Assembly: GCA_947458265.1 (NCBI GenBank) | Contig: CANGYF010000008.1 | Span: 36,993-100,992, forward strand | Length of the DNA: 64,000 nucleotides | Origin: Betaproteobacteria bacterium | Lineage (GTDB): Bacteria > Pseudomonadota > Gammaproteobacteria > Burkholderiales > CAIKXV01 | Reading direction: 5' to 3' | Part shown: positions 23,101 to 30,737 of the stretch, in pieces | Position numbering within the stretch: the stretch's first letter is position 1 | Layout of the letters: each line of letters opens with the position of its first letter | The notes under the pieces: model-generated | What the model saw: only the letters and a program-made list of their open reading frames with translations | Told to the model about the DNA's origin: nothing | Databases searched by the model: none | Translations under genes and position numbers: made by a program

Positions 23101-24182
23101 GGATCGCGCCAGCGCAGGCGTGCCACCGTCGGGGGCGCCGCTGGCTGTCCCTCCGGGGACAGCGACAGCTGCGTGGCCGCGAGTTCGAAGCCATCGGGCA
23201 GGTGCCGCCAGGCCAGCCGGCCGCTCATCGCATCGAAAGCGAGTTCGTCCAGTTCGGGCGCCAGCCGCGCACGCACCGTAGCAAGCTCGACATCGCTGAT
23301 CAGCGATGTCAGGCGCCCATCCTGCACCTCGGCCCACAGGCGCAGTGCGCCTGTCCCCTGCTCGACGCCCCCGGGCAGGTCGATCCAGGGTTCCCAGCCA
23401 GACAGGCTGGTGTCGCGCAACTGCGCGAAAATCCGTCCGTCCCATTTGGCGAGGCTCGACAGATCGCTGCCGCGCCATTCGGCGCGCAGGTCGACCGGCG
23501 CCGCGAGTCCTTCCGGCGGCACGGCCGTCACGCCCAGGCGATGCCGGCGGCCGCTCGATTCCAGCCGCAGGTTGACCTGCTTGAGCCACAACTCCGGTGC
23601 GCCGCGCAACTCATCGATCCAGACCACCGCCGCGTCGCGGATCACGATGCCGCGCTGCGCGAGCACCCAGCGGCCGAAGCCGCTCTCGCCCGGGTCGCCC
23701 GATACCGGCAGGCCGGCGACCGACAGCCGGCCGTCGGCGTCGCGGCGGATGGTCAGGCTCGGACCGACCAGTTCAAGCATGCGCGTACGCGCAGCGCCGA
23801 CCAGCATCGAGCGCCAGGACAGCGTCGTCTCGACCCGCTGCAGCTCGAGTGCCGGCCGGCCGGCCGCATCGTGCACCACGACCTGCTGCATCGACAGGTG
23901 GGGCCGCAAGCCGTTCCAGTTGGCCGAGAGGCTGCCGATGGTGACCTTCTGCCCGCTGGCCTCGCTGATCAGGCCGGCGATGCGCTCGCGATGCTGGTCG
24001 ATACCGGGCAGCACGTAGTAGCGCAGCGACAGCACGACCGCCGCGGTGCCGAACCCCGCCAGCAGCACGAGCACCATGAGCACCCGGTAGGTCAGCACGG
24101 ACATCCGGCCCAGCAGGCGCATCGTGCGCAGGCGAGCGAGGCGACGCAGCGGCGAGGCTCGACGGGGGGCGGGATCGTTCAA
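20166..24182 (-). CDS. yhdP: YhdP family protein (DUF3971 plus AsmA2 domains), large envelope-spanning protein
   Basis: 1338-aa ORF with an N-terminal TM helix. Its size and the yhdP-tldD neighbourhood match E. coli, and it has the C-terminal AsmA-like region. Confidence 0.8.
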   Translation of the reverse strand: MNDPAPRRASPLRRLARLRTMRLLGRMSVLTYRVLMVLVLLAGFGTAAVVLSLRYYVLPGIDQHRERIAGLISEASGQKVTIGSLSANWNGLRPHLSMQQVVVHDAAGRPALELQRVETTLSWRSMLVGAARTRMLELVGPSLTIRRDADGRLSVAGLPVSGDPGESGFGRWVLAQRGIVIRDAAVVWIDELRGAPELWLKQVNLRLESSGRRHRLGVTAVPPEGLAAPVDLRAEWRGSDLSSLAKWDGRIFAQLRDTSLSGWEPWIDLPGGVEQGTGALRLWAEVQDGRLTSLISDVELATVRARLAPELDELAFDAMSGRLAWRHLPDGFELAATQLSLSPEGQPAAPPTVARLRWRDPAAPPAGGILPGVIGGRTARSELTATSLEIAPWVALAGRLPIDAQARESLVALAPRGRLSDVSIAWEGPMQAPTGWQVKARFDGLGVEHWGRWPGLQGVSGSIDGNERAGVLRLDSRDLRLTLPAVLANELAFDAFRGQANWSGQGPKLVIQSAGVSFSNADLAGTLSGEYRPGASKLGFADLTGTLSRAQATAVARYMPLRVGVDTRTWLGRALLAGRSTDVRLRLKGNLEEFPFSEPGRERNGQFLLTVKAQGVDLDYAPGWPKITGIDGDLVFRGHRMEILPKGGTLSGVRLQRVRAVVPDIVHSDEILEVTGEAESATADFLRFIVQSPVDGLLDGATRAMEAQGRGRLSLKMVLPLRHMVDSTVAGSFHFTGNRLLLDRDVPALEAVNGRLDFTESGIRVDGATAQVFGGPASINVASQRDGSVRVGVAGRATAEQLRRQVPAALGQSLRGSTDWRAIVNYRRKVGDLVVESSLAGLSVDLPPPFAKVAADTLPLRIEQVSGVERDRIGISLGNVLSAQVLRRLDAGSATIERATVVVGGGAAPVPERRGISVSGTLRQASLDTWRPILGALTSGVGGAGSSPDLGDVDLRIGQLEAIGRRFNDVQLKTAAQPGGWTGSIASREVSGELAWRAQGRGRLTARLRQVNLPPAQVTQAVLQQAKFDDAELPALDVTVDSFLLADKALGRLELQAQPEGRDWRIERLRIANPDATFQMEGLWQSWMAQPRTQVNVRLDIVDSGRLLARLGHPDGVRGGAGHIEGPLSWAGSPQDLDLATLGGTLMLEVSKGQFLTLEPGVGRLLGVFNLQSLPRRIALDFRDVFSEGFSFDEIAGSMRITRGVGRIDSFRIQGPSARVLMSGEVNLAKETQNLHVRVTPVLGDSVALAGALLGGPVAGIASFLVQRVLKDPLAQLATFDYAVTGTWAEPTVNRAARPDAGTGPGSVPGSVPGPVPGPVPGAVPGGGSPAAGAPSPG
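20202..20267 (-). repeat. in-frame 12-nt periodic repeat encoding GSVPGSVPGPVPGPVPGAVPGG at the YhdP C-terminus
   Basis: Five xVPG units are read from the translation. The plus strand shows a reiterated CCCGGCAC-like 12-mer. Confidence 0.7.
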
Positions 24183-24341
24183 GTGCGTTGCGCTAGACTG
24201 CCGTGTCGGTGGAACCTACCTCGCCCACCGAAACGGATAACGACAGGTCCACGCGTGCTCCAGATCAGGATAGACAAGTGTACTGCCATCGTCGCCCCGC
24301 GGCTGACGGCTGGACCGCTGGCGGTCGGGGCACGAGCCCGG

Positions 24342-24357
24342 GCGCGCGCGCGCGCGC
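24342..24357. repeat. (GC)8 alternating purine-pyrimidine run
   Basis: GCGCGCGCGCGCGCGC read directly from the sequence, ending 22 nt upstream of the glnE ATG in the yhdP/glnE divergent region. Confidence 0.8.
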
Positions 24358-24379
24358 ACAGGCGGGGCGTGGGGTGGTG

Positions 24380-27238
24380 ATGCTGCCCGAGGCCCCGTTC
24401 GATGCCGCGCTCGAGCACAGCCGCTACGTGGCCCGGCTGGCCGCGGTGGGCCTTGCCACGCGCGAATCGTTCGACGCGCTGGCGTCGGCACCCTTCGGCC
24501 GGGAGCGCATGCGCGAGGCATTGGTGCCGCACCCGGCCGGCGACGCCGCCGTGCCGCCTCTGGCGGCGCGCCTGCGCACGCTGCGGCGCGACTGCCTGCT
24601 CGCGCTGATCGGGCGCGACCTCACCGGCCGCGCCGACCTGCGCGAAGTCACTGCCACGATGACCGCTCTCGCAGAGGAAACGATTTCCGCCGCCTGCGCC
24701 GCTGCCACGGCGGAGATGCAGCCGGTGTACGGCGTCCCGATCGGCGAGGAATCGGGCAGCCCGCAGCCGCTGCTGGTGATCGGGATGGGCAAGCTCGGCG
24801 GGGCAGAGCTGAACGTATCCTCCGACATAGACCTCGTGTTCGTCTACCCGGAAGAAGGCGACACCCGCGGCGGCACGCGATCGATCAGCAACCACGAGTA
24901 CTTCTTGCGCTGCGGGCGCCGGATCATCGCGCTGCTCGACGAACGCACCGCCGAGGGCTTCGTCTTCCGGGTCGACATGCGGCTGAGACCTTACGGCGAC
25001 AGCGGGCCGCTCGCCTGCAGCCTCGCGATGCTCGAGGAGTACTTCATCGCGCAGGGCCGCGAATGGGAGCGTTATGCCTGGATCAAGGGCCGCATCGTCG
25101 CGAGCACGCCGGTGCCGACCACAGACACCGGTGCGCCCGGTGCGGCGGCCGCGCTGACCGGGATCGTCCAGCCGTTCGTGTTCCGGCGCCACCTCGACTT
25201 CAGCGCGATCGCCTCGATGCGCGAGCTGTCCGGGCAGATCCGGCGCGAGGTCCGGCGCCGCGACATGCTCGGCAACATCAAGCTGGGCGCCGGCGGCATC
25301 CGGCAGATCGAGTTCGTTGCGCAGGTGTTCCAGCTGATCCGCGGCGGACGCGACCTCGCGCTGCGTGCGCGGCCGACCCTGGAGGTCCTCGACGCGCTGC
25401 AGATGCGCTCGATCCTGGAACCCCGGGTGGTGGACGATCTCAGGCACGGCTACGACCTGCTGCGGCGGCTGGAGCACCGACTGCAGTACCTGGACGATGC
25501 GCAGACCCATGCGCTGCCTGAGTCGGACGACGACCGGGCCCGGATCGCCCGCTCGATGGGATACCCCGACTGGACGGCGTTCGCCCAGGTCCTGGAGGCC
25601 CTGCGCGAAACGGTTGGTGTCGTCTTCGAGCAGGTGTGCGCAATTTCGCCCGGGACCGACGCCGAGCATCCGCTGTCGTCCCTCTGGCAGGACGCGCTGG
25701 AACCGGCAGAGGCGGCTTCCACCCTGGCCGGGATGGGCTACCGGGCACCGGAACGCCTGACGGCTCGGCTGGTCGAACTGCGCTCGAGTACGCGGGTCAA
25801 GCGGATGGCGTCCAGCGGCCAGAGCCGGCTGTCGCAGCTGATCCCGCGCGCGCTGGAAGTCGCCGCATCGCTCACCGACCCGGACGCGGCGATCGCACGG
25901 CTGCTCGACGTGGTTGTGAGCATCGGACGCCGGGAATCCTACCTCGCGCTGCTGATCGAATATCCGCCAGTGCTGCAGCGGCTGGGCGAGCTGGCATCGG
26001 CCAGCCCGTGGGCCAGCGATTACCTCGCGCTGCACCCGATCCTGCTCGACGAGCTGATCGATGCACGCACGCTGCATGCACCGCCGTCCTGGCCACGGCT
26101 GATCGCGGAACTGCGCGATCACCTCGACGCGAACGCAGGCAACGTCGAGCGGCAGCTGGATATCCTGCGCCACTTCAAGCATGCGCAGGTGTTCCGCATC
26201 GTCGCCCAGGACCTGGCGGGCGACCTGCAACTCGAAGTGGTGTCCGACCGGCTGAGCGAGCTGGCAGACGTGGTGCTGGCCGAGGCGCTCGCGCGCTGCT
26301 GGGTGCACCTGAACGCGGGACAGTCAACGGTCGCGCCGCCCCGCTTCGGCATCATCGGCTACGGCAAGCTCGGCGGAAAGGAGATGGGCTACGGCAGCGA
26401 TCTCGACATCGCGTTCGTGTTCGACGAAACGCCTGCCGCCGGGGACCGAGCCGGCGGCGCCGGGCCGACTGCACCGGAACCGACATCAGCCGAGACGGTA
26501 TCGCACGAACCGGTAGCGCCCGAGACGGTATCGCCCGAACCGGTGTCGCCCGAGACGGTATCGCCCGAACGACAGGCCCGCCTCGCGCTGCGCCTGAACT
26601 CGTGGCTCACCTCGATGACCTCGGCCGGCGTGCTTTATCCGACCGACCTGCGCCTGCGCCCGGACGGTGAGTCCGGCCTGCTCGCACCGTCCATGGCCGC
26701 GTTCGAGGAGTACCAGCGCAGCAAGGCCTGGGTCTGGGAGCACCAGGCATTGACCCGTGCCCGCTTCGTCGCCGGCGATCCTGCGCTGGGCGAGCGCTTC
26801 GAGCGGCTGCGCATCGAGATCCTGCAGCAGTCGCGCGATGCCGACCGGCTGCGCGGCGAGATCGTCGACATGCGGCGCCGCATGCGGGAATCCAGGCCTG
26901 GCGTCCGGCCGGACGGCACGTTCGACATCAAGCAGGGTATCGGCGGACTGGTCGACCTGGAGTTCATCGTCCAGTTCCTGGTGCTGGCGCATGCAGCCCG
27001 GGTACCCGCGTTGACCGGCAATGTAGGCAACATCGCGCTGCTGCAGGTCGCGGCCGAGCACGGGCTGGTCGACCCGGCACTCGCCCGCGCGGCGCAGGAG
27101 GCCTACCGTACCCTGCGTCGCACCCAGCATTCGATGCAGCTGGCGGGACACGATCCGGCGCAGGCGCCGCTCGATGGACTCGAGCGCCCTGCGGCTGCGA
27201 TCGACGCGCTCTGGCAGGCGGTCATAGGCCGGCGCTGA
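24380..27238 (+). CDS. glnE: bifunctional glutamine synthetase adenylyltransferase/adenylyl-removing enzyme GlnE
   Basis: ATG at codon 60 of track ORF 24203-27238 gives a 952-aa product. It has two nucleotidyltransferase modules: GMGKLGGAELNVSSDIDLVFVY and GYGKLGGKEMGYGSDLDIAFVF. Confidence 0.9.
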   Translation: MLPEAPFDAALEHSRYVARLAAVGLATRESFDALASAPFGRERMREALVPHPAGDAAVPPLAARLRTLRRDCLLALIGRDLTGRADLREVTATMTALAEETISAACAAATAEMQPVYGVPIGEESGSPQPLLVIGMGKLGGAELNVSSDIDLVFVYPEEGDTRGGTRSISNHEYFLRCGRRIIALLDERTAEGFVFRVDMRLRPYGDSGPLACSLAMLEEYFIAQGREWERYAWIKGRIVASTPVPTTDTGAPGAAAALTGIVQPFVFRRHLDFSAIASMRELSGQIRREVRRRDMLGNIKLGAGGIRQIEFVAQVFQLIRGGRDLALRARPTLEVLDALQMRSILEPRVVDDLRHGYDLLRRLEHRLQYLDDAQTHALPESDDDRARIARSMGYPDWTAFAQVLEALRETVGVVFEQVCAISPGTDAEHPLSSLWQDALEPAEAASTLAGMGYRAPERLTARLVELRSSTRVKRMASSGQSRLSQLIPRALEVAASLTDPDAAIARLLDVVVSIGRRESYLALLIEYPPVLQRLGELASASPWASDYLALHPILLDELIDARTLHAPPSWPRLIAELRDHLDANAGNVERQLDILRHFKHAQVFRIVAQDLAGDLQLEVVSDRLSELADVVLAEALARCWVHLNAGQSTVAPPRFGIIGYGKLGGKEMGYGSDLDIAFVFDETPAAGDRAGGAGPTAPEPTSAETVSHEPVAPETVSPEPVSPETVSPERQARLALRLNSWLTSMTSAGVLYPTDLRLRPDGESGLLAPSMAAFEEYQRSKAWVWEHQALTRARFVAGDPALGERFERLRIEILQQSRDADRLRGEIVDMRRRMRESRPGVRPDGTFDIKQGIGGLVDLEFIVQFLVLAHAARVPALTGNVGNIALLQVAAEHGLVDPALARAAQEAYRTLRRTQHSMQLAGHDPAQAPLDGLERPAAAIDALWQAVIGRR
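26491..26572 (+). repeat. 30-nt in-frame tandem repeat (about 2.7 copies) inside glnE
   Basis: CGAGACGGTATCGCACGAACCGGTAGCGCC, then CGAGACGGTATCGCCCGAACCGGTGTCGCC, then CGAGACGGTATCGCCCGAACGA. Together they encode ETVSHEPVAPETVSPEPVSPETVSPE. Confidence 0.85.
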
Positions 27239-27254
27239 GCGGCCGGCGCTGAGC
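27227..27254. repeat. perfect 14-nt tandem duplication GGCCGGCGCTGAGC x2 spanning the glnE stop codon
   Basis: Read directly from the sequence. The first copy contains the glnE TGA at 27236-27238. Confidence 0.85.
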
Positions 27255-27272
27255 GCCCGGCCCCCGCTCAGC
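27248..27272. terminator. stem-loop between convergent glnE and the methyltransferase gene (terminator candidate, no U-tract)
   Basis: GCTGAGCG-CCCGGCCCC-CGCTCAGC forms an 8-bp stem. It overlaps the stop codon of the minus-strand gene. Confidence 0.3.
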
Positions 27273-27903
27273 CCCGCTCGCGATCGAGCAGCTGCTGTTT
27301 GCGTTCGATGCCCCAGCGGTAACCACCCAGCCCGCCATCCTCGCGCACCACGCGATGGCAGGGAACCAGCAGCGCCAGCGTGTTGCTAGCGCAGGCGCGC
27401 GCCACCGCGCGCGCGGCACCCGTCCGGCCGATGCGCTCGGCCACCTGCCGGTAGCTGGCGGTGCTGCCCGACGGTATCGCACACAGTGCCTGCCAGACGC
27501 TGTGCTGGAAGGCCGTCCCGCGGATGTCCAGCGGCAGGCTGGAGGACGTGCGCGGCAGATCCATCGCCGCCAGAACCTGTCCCAGCCAGCCGTCGAAGAC
27601 CGCGTCCGTTCCGATGAACGCCGCCTGCGGGAAACGCTGGCGAAGCGCGCCGTGCAGTCCTGCGGGATCGTCGCCCAGGGCCACGTGGCAGATGCCCCGC
27701 CCGGTGGCGGCCACCAGGACGTGGCCAAGCACGCAGGGGCTCACCGAATGCCGGATGGTTTCGCCCCGCCCCCCGGCCCTGAACGCGCCCGGCGCCATGC
27801 CGTGCGCCGTGGTGGCATGTTCGTGGAATCGGCCTGCGGAATCGATGTTCACCACCGCCTTCAAGCGCCCCCCGTTCCTCTTTGCCTGCCTGCATGTTTG
27901 CAC
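27268..27903 (-). CDS. methylated-DNA--protein-cysteine methyltransferase, apparently derived from a 5'-truncated ada
   Basis: 211-aa ORF with a GTG start. It carries the PCHRVV active site, LDIRGTAFQHSVWQAL and GGYRWGIERKQQLL. Its first 45 or so residues (SAGRFHEHATTAHGMAPGAFRAGG) resemble the last helix of the Ada AraC-type domain. An alternative ATG at 27798 would give a 176-aa Ogt-sized product. Confidence 0.8.
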   Translation of the reverse strand: MQTCRQAKRNGGRLKAVVNIDSAGRFHEHATTAHGMAPGAFRAGGRGETIRHSVSPCVLGHVLVAATGRGICHVALGDDPAGLHGALRQRFPQAAFIGTDAVFDGWLGQVLAAMDLPRTSSSLPLDIRGTAFQHSVWQALCAIPSGSTASYRQVAERIGRTGAARAVARACASNTLALLVPCHRVVREDGGLGGYRWGIERKQQLLDRERG

Positions 27904-28063
27904 CCTCGATTGCGGGGGGTCAAGGTGCCCTGCGCCGACCCGGCCGGGCGCCGGCGCTTCCGGGCCGGCAGTTCCGCTACAATATTCGACCGGGGTTCAC
28001 GGCATGGCGTCCATGCCGCCCGACGACCCGAAACACCCGAAGTACCCAAAGGAATGCGAAGGA

Positions 28064-28990
28064 ATGGCCATGTCGATGTCCGACCGCGATGGAGTGATCT
28101 GGTTTGATGGGAAGCTGGTGCCCTGGCGCGAGGCGAACATCCATGTGCTGACCCATTCGCTGCACTATGGCCTGGCCGTGTTCGAAGGCATCCGCGCCTA
28201 CAAGACCGACCAGGGCACGGCGATCTTCCGCCTTCAGGAGCACATGGAACGCCTTGCGAACTCCGCGCACATCTACCAGATGGAGCTCCCGTACAGCCGT
28301 GAACAGCTGTCCGAGGCCTGCCGGCTGGTCGTGCGCGAGAACAAGCTCGAGTCCTGCTACGTGCGGCCGATCGCCTTCTACGGCTCGGAGAAGATGGGCG
28401 TGTCGCCCAAGGGTGCCAGCGTCCATGTCGCGATCGCCGCCTGGCCGTGGGGCGCCTACCTCGGGCCCGAAGGCCTCGAGAAGGGCATCCGGGTCAAGAC
28501 CTCCTCGTTCGCCCGCCACCATGTGAACGTGACGATGGCGCGCGCAAAGTTCGCTGCGACCTATGCGAACTCGATCCTCGCCAACCTCGAGGCCACCGCC
28601 GACGGCTATGACGAGGCGATGCTGCTCGATGTGGACGGCTTCGTCGCCGAAGGCTCGGGCGAGAACGTGTTCATCGTGAAGAACGGCAAGCTGTACGAGC
28701 CGGAGCTCACTTCGGCGCTGATCGGTATCACGCGCGATGCGGTGATCCAGCTGGCCGGCGAACTGGGCATCCCGGTGGTCGCCAAGCGCCTCACCCGCGA
28801 CGATGTCTACATCGCCGACGAAGCCTTCTTCACCGGCACCGCGGCCGAAGTCACGCCGATCCGCGAACTGGACAACCGCCGCATCGGCAGTGGCGCGCGC
28901 GGGCCGATCACCCAGAAGATCCAGTCGCTCTACTTCGACTGCGTGCACGGGCGAGTCCCGCGCCGCCTCGAGTGGCTGACCCCGGTCTGA
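28064..28990 (+). CDS. ilvE: branched-chain amino acid aminotransferase
   Basis: ATG at 28064 is preceded by an AGGA. The 308-aa product contains VIWFDGKLVPWREANIHVLTHSLHYGLAVFEGIRAY and EGSGENVF. The long upstream extension of track ORF 27461-28990 was rejected. Confidence 0.9.
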   Translation: MAMSMSDRDGVIWFDGKLVPWREANIHVLTHSLHYGLAVFEGIRAYKTDQGTAIFRLQEHMERLANSAHIYQMELPYSREQLSEACRLVVRENKLESCYVRPIAFYGSEKMGVSPKGASVHVAIAAWPWGAYLGPEGLEKGIRVKTSSFARHHVNVTMARAKFAATYANSILANLEATADGYDEAMLLDVDGFVAEGSGENVFIVKNGKLYEPELTSALIGITRDAVIQLAGELGIPVVAKRLTRDDVYIADEAFFTGTAAEVTPIRELDNRRIGSGARGPITQKIQSLYFDCVHGRVPRRLEWLTPV

Positions 28991-28997
28991 GCGGACG

Positions 28998-29225
28998 ATG
29001 TCCACCCGCCCCGATCCCACTGCCGAAACCGGCTCGATCAACCGTGAACGGTTGATCGAGGTGACGGCGGAAGACCTTCCGCTGCATTGCCCGATGCCTT
29101 CGATGCTGCTCTGGAACGCCCACCCGCGTGTGTTCCTGCCGATCGCGGCGAGCGGCGAGGAACTGTGCCCGTACTGCGGTACGCGCTACCGGCTTAAGGG
29201 CGGTCCGGCTTCGCACGGACATTGA
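28998..29225 (+). CDS. zinc-finger domain-containing protein (zf-CHCC type)
   Basis: 75-aa ORF starting 8 nt after ilvE. It contains LHCPMP...CPYCGTRY. I recall this small gene following ilvE in Betaproteobacteria. Confidence 0.7.
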   Translation: MSTRPDPTAETGSINRERLIEVTAEDLPLHCPMPSMLLWNAHPRVFLPIAASGEELCPYCGTRYRLKGGPASHGH

Positions 29226-29253
29226 GCCCGGCCGGTCCGGCAAGGCTTCCGGC

Positions 29254-30300
29254 ATGACACGCAGCGCACTGGTCGTCGCACCGGCATGGGTGGGCGACAC
29301 GATCCTTGCGCAGCCGATGCTGGAGCTGATCCACCGCAGCGACCCGGCACTGGCGATCGACCTGCTCGCCCCGCCGTGGACGGCAGGCCTGGCCGCCCGA
29401 CTGCCCGGCGTGCGTGACGTGATCGATGCACCGTTCAGGCATGGTCAGCTCGGGCTGGGCGCACGCCGGGCAGTCGCCCGGGCAGTGCGCGCACGCGAGT
29501 ACGGGAAAGCCTGGCTGCTGCCCAATTCGTTCAAGTCGGCGCTGGTGCCGTGGTTCGCAGGTATCCCGGAACGCATCGGCTACGTGGGCGAGTGGCGACA
29601 CTGGCTGCTCACCGACGCCCGCCGGCTGGATACGGCACGGTTGCCGACGATGGCAGAACGCTTCGCTGCACTGGCGCTGGCCGACGGCGAGCCGCTGCCC
29701 GCACTGCCGCAGCCGCGGCTGCGGGTGGATGTTGCGGCGCGCGACGCAACCCTGTCGCGCCTGGGGCTGGACGCCGTCCGTCCGGTTGCCGCCTTGTGTC
29801 CCGGTGCCGAGTACGGCCCGGCCAAGCGTTGGCCGCCCAGCCAGTTCGCCACTGTCGCAGACAGCCTCGTCGCCGATGGCTATCAGGTCTGGCTGTTCGG
29901 CTCGGCGAAGGACCAGCAGGTCACCGCAGAGATCCGCTCGATGTGCACGGCACGGTCACAGCTGCGTCCGGTCGACCTCGCGGGTCGAACGACGCTGTCC
30001 GAGGCCATCGACCTCATGTCGCTGGCGCAGCGGGTGGTCAGCAACGACTCCGGCCTGATGCATGTCGCTGCCGCGCTCGATCGACCGATGGTCGCGCTGT
30101 ACGGCTCGAGCAGCCCGGCCTTCACGCCGCCGTTGTCGGCGCAGGCGCGGATCGTGAGCCTCGGGCTGCCATGCAGCCCATGCTTCGCCCGCGAGTGCCC
30201 GCTCGGCCATTTCCACTGCATGAGGCAACTGACACCCGGGCACGTACTGGATACGATCTCAAGCATGCCGCCCTGCCCTCCAACGCCTGCCCAGCCATGA
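29254..30300 (+). CDS. waaF: ADP-heptose--LPS heptosyltransferase II
   Basis: ATG at codon 43 of track ORF 29128-30300 gives a 348-aa product. It has the APAWVGD N-terminal motif, GAEYGPAKRWP and NDSGLMHVAAAL. Confidence 0.85.
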   Translation: MTRSALVVAPAWVGDTILAQPMLELIHRSDPALAIDLLAPPWTAGLAARLPGVRDVIDAPFRHGQLGLGARRAVARAVRAREYGKAWLLPNSFKSALVPWFAGIPERIGYVGEWRHWLLTDARRLDTARLPTMAERFAALALADGEPLPALPQPRLRVDVAARDATLSRLGLDAVRPVAALCPGAEYGPAKRWPPSQFATVADSLVADGYQVWLFGSAKDQQVTAEIRSMCTARSQLRPVDLAGRTTLSEAIDLMSLAQRVVSNDSGLMHVAAALDRPMVALYGSSSPAFTPPLSAQARIVSLGLPCSPCFARECPLGHFHCMRQLTPGHVLDTISSMPPCPPTPAQP

Positions 30301-30737
30301 ACACCCTGATCTACGGCAACTCGCGCGACTGCGAGATCGCGTTCTACCGCGCATTCGAGGCCGCAGACCTGGTGGCGATGATGGCGGTCTGGTCGGAGGA
30401 GGACGACATCGTCTGCGTGCACCCGGGCGGCCCCCGCCTGACCGGCATCGAAGCGGTACGCGAGTCCTGGCGCAGGATATTCGCGGGCGGGCCGCGCCTC
30501 CGACTGCGCATGACCCAGCCGCTGATCACCTCGACGCTGCAGACCGCGATCCACACCCTCCACGAGACGGTGTCGGCGCCGGGCGAGACGCGCAACCAGG
30601 TGCCGATGATCGCGACCAACGTCTACCTCCGTACCGAGCGCGGCTGGCGCCTGCAGCTGCACCATGCGTCGCCGGCTCCGGAACATCCGCGTGCGGCCGA
30701 GCCGGTGGACGCAGGCCTGCCGCCGATCCTGCATTGA
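30297..30737 (+). CDS. SnoaL-like / nuclear transport factor 2 family protein (DUF4440-like)
   Basis: The ATG overlaps the waaF stop (ATGA). The 146-aa product contains FYRAFEAADLVAMMAVWSEEDDIVCVHPGG...WRLQLHHAS, typical of the NTF2-like fold. Confidence 0.6.
   Translation: MNTLIYGNSRDCEIAFYRAFEAADLVAMMAVWSEEDDIVCVHPGGPRLTGIEAVRESWRRIFAGGPRLRLRMTQPLITSTLQTAIHTLHETVSAPGETRNQVPMIATNVYLRTERGWRLQLHHASPAPEHPRAAEPVDAGLPPILH

Noticed and set aside
21747-24380. 877-aa ORF antisense to yhdP. Similar cases are 39786-42242 antisense to recJ, 33885-35894 antisense to comEC, 55898-57700 antisense to the permease gene and 62705-63985 antisense to the helicase gene.
   Set aside because: All are stop-poor antisense frames of recognisable genes. 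Their sequences are Arg/Gly/Pro/His-rich with no family resemblance. I also rejected the numerous 60-300-aa overlapping ORFs in the track.
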